Part shown: positions 44,866 through 50,810 of the stretch, one piece after another
Layout of the letters: each line of letters opens with the position of its first letter
How positions within the stretch are numbered: the stretch's first letter is position 1
From: a virus
DNA: 50,810 nt
Direction: 5' to 3' (one strand)
IMG/VR virus record: IMGVR_UViG_3300045988_054624
Location: 1 to 50,810 of that record
Made by a program: the position numbers and the translations under genes
The notes under the pieces: generated by a model
The model's database searches: none
What the model was told of the DNA's origin: nothing
Seen by the model: only the letters and a program-made list of their open reading frames with translations

Positions 44866-45195
44866 TTTATTATGATGGTGACTGTTGCAGTCAGAGCAAG
44901 GATGTTCATCTACTAAACAATCCCAAAACTTGCAATTAGCGCACATTCGGTGGTGATTAGGAATATTCCACGCCCGGCACTCGGCCCGCTTCTGCCAAGC
45001 GTCACGGATAAGCAGGGCGTGCTGTTCAGTAACATCTTGGGTCTCGCAGCAAACATAGTTTCCGCTTCTCCAATAGTGACGCTTAGAGAGGAAATTAACA
45101 CACTTCCATCCTTTATGGTCGTCTCTAAATTTTTCCAATTTCCCAAGAGCTTTCCCGTACTCAAAAAAGGCTTTCTGTTCAGGCGTCAGTTTCAT
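44830..45195 (-). CDS. Cys/His-rich putative zinc-binding protein
   Basis: CANCKFWDCLVDEHPCSDCNSHHH plus extra Cys/His residues; 121 aa. Confidence 0.4.
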   Translation of the reverse strand: MKLTPEQKAFFEYGKALGKLEKFRDDHKGWKCVNFLSKRHYWRSGNYVCCETQDVTEQHALLIRDAWQKRAECRAWNIPNHHRMCANCKFWDCLVDEHPCSDCNSHHHNKWEPREKNKKIV

Positions 45196-45201
45196 GGTCG
45201 T

Positions 45202-45384
45202 TTAGTCTTCGGATAAATCTTCTTCGCGGATGGAGCCGTAAGTGTACCCGTTGTCAAAGCTCAAATACACCTTCGCATCATCATCGTATTGTTCCAAAAG
45301 TTCAATCATATCACGGACGGTCATTGTTCGTCCGCACTGTTCAGGAGAGTATCCGTTATTTGTTGCATTGATAATTACTTTCAT
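45202..45384 (-). CDS. Small hypothetical protein (own promoter cassette)
   Basis: 60 aa; ATG preceded by ...CATCGAACAACA; cassette at 45425-45490. Confidence 0.35.
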   Translation of the reverse strand: MKVIINATNNGYSPEQCGRTMTVRDMIELLEQYDDDAKVYLSFDNGYTYGSIREEDLSED

Positions 45385-45424
45385 TGTTGTTCGATGGGTT
45401 GTTTAGTTCGTTCCTTTCGGTTAC

Positions 45425-45525
45425 GTGTACCTTTTACTAATTTTTTGATACATTGTCAAATATTTTTTTCAATTTTTTTTTCAAGCTGTAAAAAGTTCTA
45501 CCGAGTTATGCTCATAACTCGGTAG
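45425..45525 (-). promoter_or_regulatory. Terminator (45498-45525) immediately followed by an early promoter cassette (45425-45490)
   Basis: Hairpin CTACCGAGTTATG-agc-ATAACTCGGTAG, then AACTTTTT; then AAAATATTTGACAATGTATCAAAAAATTAGTAAAAG. Confidence 0.5.
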
Positions 45526-45533
45526 AAAATCAA

Positions 45534-45869
45534 TTACCTTTGCAGAACCTTGCACCGTTTCAATATCTCCTTCGGAACCAGAAAGATAACTTCATCGTCT
45601 ATGCCATCTTTATAGGAAACGACTACTGGAACAAAATTCATGCAATCGAACAAATTACAAGTTACTTCATCGTCCGACATGCAAGCTACTGTTTGAGCAG
45701 GTAGGGAATCCATCAAAAGCTTCCTAGCTTCCCGCAGTTGTCCAACATACAGAGAGATGTCATATTGGCATCCTTGTACAAGCCCATTATCCGTATCTTC
45801 TAACAATTCGTTTATATCCATAGTCTTATTTCTGTTCGAGTTCCCACGGCCATTCAGAAACATCTTCAT
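45534..45869 (-). CDS. Hypothetical protein
   Basis: 111-aa ORF followed by an intrinsic terminator. Confidence 0.35.
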   Translation of the reverse strand: MKMFLNGRGNSNRNKTMDINELLEDTDNGLVQGCQYDISLYVGQLREARKLLMDSLPAQTVACMSDDEVTCNLFDCMNFVPVVVSYKDGIDDEVIFLVPKEILKRCKVLQR

Positions 45870-46182
45870 ATTTGAATTGTTCTAATTCATTTGTTTTAAG
45901 ACAAATACCGAAAAACGTTGATTCATTTCTATAAATCTCTGTTACTCGGAAATAATGATAGCCCGAATTACTTTCGTTTACTACTAGTTCATCCCCTATT
46001 TGCAACCGCATGATTGGCGGGAACTTGGAGACAAGCTCATTCCAAGCCTCTGCGGCTTCTTGGGGCGTGAATTGCCGCAGGGCACACAAGCCACATTGAG
46101 TACAAATATATTGGTATCCTTGAGGTATTATATCGAGGAATGTTCTTTTACTCCCGCAGATAGGACATTTAAGCTTTTTCAT
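45826..46182 (-). CDS. Zinc-ribbon protein
   Basis: CPICGSKRTF...CTQCGLC; probable start MKKLKCPICG (the track start at 46299 overlaps the upstream gene). Confidence 0.4.
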   Translation of the reverse strand: MKKLKCPICGSKRTFLDIIPQGYQYICTQCGLCALRQFTPQEAAEAWNELVSKFPPIMRLQIGDELVVNESNSGYHYFRVTEIYRNESTFFGICLKTNELEQFKYEDVSEWPWELEQK

Positions 46183-46477
46183 TGTTCCTTCCTTTCTGTT
46201 TCGCAATGAGTTCTTCAAACTTTCTATTGGCGTCATCTTCGCTCCGGTATGTCCATCCGAACACTCCCCAATCAGAAGTACTAGGAAGCCGTTCATCACC
46301 GGTCATTTGTCCGGTTAAAGCGTTATCTTTTTTCATTGTGCGGAGCACTACAACTTCAAACGCCTTGTAGTTATTTTTTTCCTGTTTGTAAACAGCAACG
46401 TTCCCTTCTCTCCTGATTAGTTGATGGTGAAAACCTTGCCTAGTGTATAGTTCACGTATTGCTTTCATGACATTCAA
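46169..46477 (-). CDS. Hypothetical protein
   Basis: 102-aa ORF. Confidence 0.35.
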   Translation of the reverse strand: MNVMKAIRELYTRQGFHHQLIRREGNVAVYKQEKNNYKAFEVVVLRTMKKDNALTGQMTGDERLPSTSDWGVFGWTYRSEDDANRKFEELIAKQKGRNNEKA

Positions 46478-46519
46478 TAGTTTAAGAGGGGGTGCATTAT
46501 CTACACCCCCTCTTGTTGT

Positions 46520-47059
46520 TTACGCTTCCATTTCGTTCAATTTGTCGCACACCATCTGTGTCAACAATTCTGCCTTCTTTTTTCCCAAATTCGTGAATGA
46601 GGCAGTAGCCACAGGCATATCATAGTTCCTCCTATAGACAACACCAGTTTTCACGTAGTAGGGCGGCTCGCTGACGGGTTCAACAAGTTCCAAGTCAAAC
46701 CACTTAACGCAGTTGGAATAACCGTGACCTTTTAAGTCAACCCACCCCAAATCGCGTTCATTACTACGGACCTCATATATCTTATCTTCGTTTGGCTGCT
46801 CGGCATAGTCCTCCCGTCCGCTTGGCACATACCGCACCTGATCGCCCTTGCGGAACTTCCGATTTTTCGGATACTCCGTTGCTGATTCCACTTTGGTAAG
46901 TTCTTCCGTATCACAACATTCAATACCACCATCAAAAAACTGAACTCGAATTGGATAACAATCGGAGCCGTCATCCTCAGTGATTTTTCCAACTCGTCCG
47001 TTAGATTCAATGCTATTGACTTTCACGATAGTTCCTATTTTGCATTCTTCTCTCTTCAT
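46520..47059 (-). CDS. Hypothetical early protein, paralog of 47142..47738
   Basis: Shared NRKF(R/L)KGD(Q/T)VR(Y/L)V and C-terminal LELVEP motifs; own promoter cassette. Confidence 0.45.
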   Translation of the reverse strand: MKREECKIGTIVKVNSIESNGRVGKITEDDGSDCYPIRVQFFDGGIECCDTEELTKVESATEYPKNRKFRKGDQVRYVPSGREDYAEQPNEDKIYEVRSNERDLGWVDLKGHGYSNCVKWFDLELVEPVSEPPYYVKTGVVYRRNYDMPVATASFTNLGKKKAELLTQMVCDKLNEMEA

Positions 47060-47088
47060 GTTGTTTTGTTTTCTATTGTTTAGGTTTT

Positions 47089-47170
47089 GAGGGGCGTTTC
47101 CCCTCGTGACGTGTTTCTTTTATCAATTTATTTTTACCTCGTCAAATATTTTTTTTCAATTTTTTTCGCT
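47089..47170 (-). promoter_or_regulatory. Early promoter cassette with 5' GC hairpin (GAGGGG-cgttt-CCCCTC)
   Basis: 58 nt identical to 1-58; the leader AAACCTAAACAATAGAAAACAAAACAAC-ATG lacks an SD. Confidence 0.5.
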
Positions 47171-47738
47171 CTACGATTCTCCACTTTGAAATAAGGTCTA
47201 GGTCGGTAAAGATTGAACTTTTCCATTCCAATTCACCCGTTTCATCTGGTATTTCCACCATAATCGTATCGTTATGAAAAAGTTTCACTACTTCACAATT
47301 GGTACCGTCGATTTTGCGGGCCATGACGCAATGTTCTTCCACCATGAGCCGTATCGCCTCACAGCCGGAAATGTCATAAACCATTTCTTTACGGGGTTCG
47401 ACGAGTTCCAGCAGCGAATACGAGATTAACATGTTATCGACTAGAACGCCTCCAATCTGGTTCTCGTCTTCTTCGAGCACGTAGGTTTTCCCGTATTTCA
47501 ATGTGACCGGGGCAGGTCTTCCGTGATTTACGAGCCTGACCGTATCACCTTTCAGGAACTTCCGGTTCGGTTCCTGATTGGCTGCTTCGAGGCAGTCAGG
47601 GGAAAAGTACCAATCGCACGTGCAATCACCCCCCCTGTCTGATCTAACTAGAACGGGTCTTTGGGGGTAACCACCAGTCCCTATAATCCTTCCACGGATG
47701 ATGACTTCCGTTCCGGGTTTGCAATCTTCAAGATTCAT
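47142..47738 (-). CDS. Hypothetical early protein, paralog of 46520..47059
   Basis: The start is probably the ATG at 47738 (MNLEDCKPG) after the leader CAACCTAAACAAC; the track start at 47765 is GTG. Confidence 0.45.
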   Translation of the reverse strand: MNLEDCKPGTEVIIRGRIIGTGGYPQRPVLVRSDRGGDCTCDWYFSPDCLEAANQEPNRKFLKGDTVRLVNHGRPAPVTLKYGKTYVLEEDENQIGGVLVDNMLISYSLLELVEPRKEMVYDISGCEAIRLMVEEHCVMARKIDGTNCEVVKLFHNDTIMVEIPDETGELEWKSSIFTDLDLISKWRIVERKKLKKNI

Positions 47739-47800
47739 GTTGTTTAGGTTGTTTAGGTTTATCACCCGTCACAAATCGTGACGGGTGATAGTTATTTTTG

Positions 47801-48625
47801 TTAGATTATTCTTCCGCTGAATGTTTGTTTAGTGGTAACTAATACCGAACCCCTATGAATTCGGTTGTCAGGCAGGGCCTTGCGTAGTTTTTCATCAATA
47901 TCCTTAATTGCGTTACGTTCCGGAATATCCGGTCTAATCATTTGATAGACAAAGAACAAATGACCGTCATTCAAGCGCACACGTAACCGCACCTTGATTT
48001 CATAGGTGGTATCTTCTTCCGCACCCTGAATGACTGGAATTGCTATAGTAAACTCCGTAGGAACGTTTAATTCTCCGCTCTTGGATTCCTGCGTTTCGTT
48101 GTAGGTCAGCTTGGTTTCCCCGTCGCTGGCACGATAGGCAGATTTGAACTCAACCTTGCGGTGCATATCAAACTTGCTCGCCAACGTAAGCATTTCAGAT
48201 GCGGACGGTTTGACAATATCCTTGCTATTCTCTTCGAGGAACTCAACAAACTCTCTTTGAGACAGGCGGGAACCGTTCAACTCATTCCAGTTATTCCATT
48301 CAACCGTTTTTTGGAGTGCCATTTTCGCATAATGGTCCATCCATCCGGATTCTTCCGCCCCGGAATAATAATTGAACACTGCATGAACACATGAATTGCT
48401 CACGTAAATAACGCTCTTGACTTTGTTTTCATCGTCTTCCGCTTTGACGTGTTCAATCAACGTATCCAAGTCGAGTAGTTGAATACCGCATGCCTTTCGG
48501 TCCGGGTACTCATTCAAGTTCCTAAGATGGTGCAATTCATAACCTTCCGGCACGATTGCGGCGGTTCCGTTTCCTACTTCCTGCACACGCAGTGCAGCTA
48601 ATGTTTCTTCGTTTAGACTATCCAT
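47801..48625 (-). CDS. Hypothetical early protein (274 aa)
   Basis: ORF with an SD-less CA-rich leader; no motif recognised with confidence. Confidence 0.4.
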   Translation of the reverse strand: MDSLNEETLAALRVQEVGNGTAAIVPEGYELHHLRNLNEYPDRKACGIQLLDLDTLIEHVKAEDDENKVKSVIYVSNSCVHAVFNYYSGAEESGWMDHYAKMALQKTVEWNNWNELNGSRLSQREFVEFLEENSKDIVKPSASEMLTLASKFDMHRKVEFKSAYRASDGETKLTYNETQESKSGELNVPTEFTIAIPVIQGAEEDTTYEIKVRLRVRLNDGHLFFVYQMIRPDIPERNAIKDIDEKLRKALPDNRIHRGSVLVTTKQTFSGRII

Positions 48626-48629
48626 AATA

Positions 48630-49058
48630 TTAGGCTTGTTTTACTTTAGCGGGAGTGCTTTCAACAGATTCACTTTGGAAATCAACTACTTTCGGTTTGA
48701 TAACCTTCTTAGGTGCATCCAAATCAAGCATGCCTTGATTCGGGTCATCCGTGTGCAGGTTGCCGTCAGCATCGGCAAACATGATGCGCGCGGAAATCGT
48801 TGGGTCAGGAATGTTTGCGCTGACCTTCGGTTCAATGACTACTTGATTCATGCCACCTTTACGCTTCACACTAAGCTTCAATGTCAGATTGCCATTGTTG
48901 CCGGTTGCTAGGACGGATGCCACAAGGTCAGTCATCTTCTTATCAAGGGCATTAAGTAATGCGCCTTCGTTAATCTCGGAAAGGTTGTCAAAGAACACCT
49001 CTCCGGGTAGTTGTCGTGTAGTTTTTTCGCTCATGGTTTTGTTAGATGTTGTCCTCAT
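48630..49058 (-). CDS. Hypothetical early protein (142 aa)
   Basis: ORF; no motif recognised. Confidence 0.35.
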   Translation of the reverse strand: MRTTSNKTMSEKTTRQLPGEVFFDNLSEINEGALLNALDKKMTDLVASVLATGNNGNLTLKLSVKRKGGMNQVVIEPKVSANIPDPTISARIMFADADGNLHTDDPNQGMLDLDAPKKVIKPKVVDFQSESVESTPAKVKQA

Positions 49059-49240
49059 ACCGTGAGGGGCGGGACGGTTTTTCTAAGCCGTCAAAAGCTT
49101 CTGGATAATCCGGACAGAACCCGGAATGTGGAGATTTACCTTGCAGCAGTTCTTCATTGTCATCATTCACTACGTAAATGATTGACAGGGGAATTGATGC
49201 GTAAAACGCAAGGCCAGCTAGTATTTTCAGAATAATCATG
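49042..49240 (-). CDS. Small single-pass membrane protein
   Basis: Probable start MIILKILAGLAFYASIPLSIIYVV after the leader ACAACAAAACAACCAAC; the promoter cassette lies inside the longer track ORF. Confidence 0.3.
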
Positions 49241-49256
49241 TTGGTTGTTTTGTTGT

Positions 49257-49332
49257 GGGAGGGCGTTCCCTCCCGTTGACAAGTTCCTTTTAACAATTTA
49301 TTTTCACTTAGTCAAATATTTTTTTTTTAGAT
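49257..49332 (-). promoter_or_regulatory. Early promoter cassette with 5' hairpin GGGAGGG-cgtt-CCCTCCC
   Basis: Minus strand TATTTGACTAAGTGAAAATAAATTGTTAAAAGGAACTTGTCAACG plus the hairpin. Confidence 0.45.
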
Positions 49333-49496
49333 TATTCATCATAGTGCCCGTCTGGATTGTCACAGGTGGCATGGTCCGCGTCATGTTGGCTGATTGCTTC
49401 CTCCAACTCAGCTATCATCCCCCAAGCCTCTACCGGCGTTACAACTTCCCCATTCACCCGGATGCAGCGGTCTTCTTCGTCGTATTCAATAATCAT
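49332..49496 (-). CDS. Small acidic protein
   Basis: Probable start MIIEYDEEDR; 54 aa. Confidence 0.25.
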   Translation of the reverse strand: MIIEYDEEDRCIRVNGEVVTPVEAWGMIAELEEAISQHDADHATCDNPDGHYDE

Positions 49497-49497
49497 G

Positions 49498-50421
49498 TTA
49501 GTTCTCCTTGGTGAAATGTTCGCTGACAAACCTTTCCGTGTACCAGTTAATATATGCTTGCCAAGCCTTGAGGCGCGGAGACCACCTGAACCCGTTTCGT
49601 TTCAGCAGGGAACGTACTTCTTCATCAGGCTTGTCCGGGAAGAAAAGCCGGATGCGGTTTTCGCTAGGCACCTTTTCAACTCGGATTCCTGATTCCGTTT
49701 CCGTTTCTTCCGGGGCGGTCTCTTTCGCAATCTTGACTTTGCGGAGGCGGCCTTCAAGCCTCCGGATTTCCGCATTGTTGTTGGAAAGCTCAAAAGATGG
49801 GAACCCGATGCGTCCGCAAAAATCCGGAGTGAGGATGTCCCTTGCATCTCTTTCGCTAAATCCCATTTCCAGCAATCCGGCATGCGCCTTTTCCTTGTCG
49901 CCTTTCGCCTTGCGAATAATGGCGTTGGCAGCTTTCATCGTCTCCTGCAATTTCCGGCATGATGCAATCTTGGCTTCCAGTCGTTCAACGGCGTTCGTAT
50001 CACTGGATTTAATGGGAGCATTCGGGTCATTGTAGTACCTCCGCTTGATGGACTTTTCAGCGCGTTCGATGAAGGACATGATTTCGTCTGCTTTATTGTC
50101 AGCCCAACGTGAACGTTTCTCCATGCGTGCAACCGGGAAGTTTGCCGGACCAGCAATGAATGAGGAAACGCACCGGGAATGTGAGTGGCAGTAAGCGAGG
50201 TATTTTTCCCGGAGAGCGGAGCGGAAGCGTTCAAACTCTTCTTCAATTTTGTCTTCATGTTCGCCCTTCATGTTGTATTCCAAGACGGAGCGGAAGGACA
50301 TGAGGGTTTGAACGTAGTCGCGCCTAAGACTTTCCCCACGACGTTCAGGGAAAAAGCTTGTTCCGTTGAAGGCTTGTTCGGCTGTGTTCTGCGGTATATC
50401 GTCAATGTAGTTTGTATTCAT
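49498..50421 (-). CDS. Hypothetical early protein (307 aa)
   Basis: ORF; Cys/His motifs and a C-terminal RNGFRWSPRLKAWQAY; function unknown. Confidence 0.4.
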   Translation of the reverse strand: MNTNYIDDIPQNTAEQAFNGTSFFPERRGESLRRDYVQTLMSFRSVLEYNMKGEHEDKIEEEFERFRSALREKYLAYCHSHSRCVSSFIAGPANFPVARMEKRSRWADNKADEIMSFIERAEKSIKRRYYNDPNAPIKSSDTNAVERLEAKIASCRKLQETMKAANAIIRKAKGDKEKAHAGLLEMGFSERDARDILTPDFCGRIGFPSFELSNNNAEIRRLEGRLRKVKIAKETAPEETETESGIRVEKVPSENRIRLFFPDKPDEEVRSLLKRNGFRWSPRLKAWQAYINWYTERFVSEHFTKEN

Positions 50422-50443
50422 GGTCTTTTTTCTGTTGTGGTTT

Positions 50444-50722
50444 TCAGAATTTAAAGCAGAAGTCGATGACTTGTTCGGTTCCCGGTTTCCGGGTATAAAC
50501 GATGAATCCGCAACGGCTCGCGTCCTTGTCTATCACAACGTCATTTCCGTCCGGCCCTCTCATGATTTCAATTCCCGCTTCTTCCAGCTTGTTGAAATGG
50601 AATAAAAGTTCATCCGCTTCATCATCCGGAAGTTCAAGAACGTCTTCCTGTGAAAGTTTCATTTCAGCACGGGCAATGATGCGGAGGCTTTCCATGTTGT
50701 CTTCGATTTTTTTAGTCTTCAT
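50444..50722 (-). CDS. Hypothetical early protein
   Basis: Probable start MKTKKIEDN after the leader CAACCACCAACCGAACCAACCACA; the track start (TTG at 50785) lies inside the promoter cassette. Confidence 0.35.
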   Translation of the reverse strand: MKTKKIEDNMESLRIIARAEMKLSQEDVLELPDDEADELLFHFNKLEEAGIEIMRGPDGNDVVIDKDASRCGFIVYTRKPGTEQVIDFCFKF

Positions 50723-50740
50723 TGTGGTTGGTTCGGTTGG

Positions 50741-50810
50741 TGGTTGTGAGGTGCCTTTCCCCTCGTGACGTGTTTCTTTTATCAATTTATTTTTACCTCG
50801 TCAAATATTT
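50741..50810 (-). promoter_or_regulatory. Early promoter cassette copy spanning the genome junction (continues at 1-60)
   Basis: Hairpin GAGGTGCCTTTCCCCTC; 50771-50810 is identical to 1-40. Confidence 0.45.

Noticed and set aside
44778-50810. Bacteroidetes-type host, suggested by SD-less leaders and TTTG-containing promoter cassettes
   Set aside because: Late and replication genes carry strong AGGAGG/GGAGGT Shine-Dalgarno sites, the tail module is PBSX-like, and the genome has LysM and amidase_3 genes. A Firmicute host is more consistent, and the SD-less leaders are confined to the cassette-driven early genes.

Overview
This window looks like one complete temperate tailed-phage genome of about 50.77 kb. 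The first 40 nt are identical to the last 40 nt, so the assembly is circular or terminally redundant.

The host is probably a Firmicute. GC is about 42%. Late genes carry strong Shine-Dalgarno sites. The contractile-tail module is PBSX-like (sheath, tube, chaperone with -1 frameshift, tape measure protein (TMP), LysM XkdP-like, XkdQ/R/S/T/U-like baseplate). The endolysin is an amidase_3.

Layout: a divergent lysogeny switch sits at 10.1-12.1 kb. It comprises a + strand XRE/cI-like repressor and a tyrosine integrase, a - strand Cro-like protein and an HTH_17 protein, and 'AAGATACTT' operators. Almost everything else is on the - strand.

The early/replication arm runs 10.3 kb to 0.2 kb: SNF2 helicase, lipoprotein moron, VRR-NUC, Cas4-like nuclease fused to Sak4-like ATPase, gp2.5-like SSB, PAPS-reductase-like protein, phi29-sized family-B DNA polymerase, primase-polymerase/SF3 helicase, dUTPase.

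The arm then continues across the genome junction into an island of small genes (50.8 to 44.0 kb). Each of these is preceded by a conserved roughly 60-nt promoter/5'-hairpin cassette followed by an SD-less CA-rich leader.

Next comes a second SNF2-like helicase and an unusual tandem array of IbrA/IbrB-like gene pairs (PAPS-reductase/PP-loop plus ParB-like; related to E. coli YbdN/YbdM), 44.0 to 35.8 kb. The array is interrupted by a 636-bp non-coding hub holding palindromic 'TGTAACAGATG' arrays, a TA-rich tract, terminators and a repressor-operator-controlled promoter.

After that: TerS, TerL, portal, a MuF-like head protein fused to a C-terminal HExxH zincin-like domain, a displaced fibre cassette (including a collagen-like fibre with a C-terminal S74 intramolecular chaperone), holin-like small membrane proteins, scaffold, major capsid, the tail genes, the amidase endolysin, twin terminators and a putative attP.

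No rRNA or tRNA genes and no CRISPR arrays were found.
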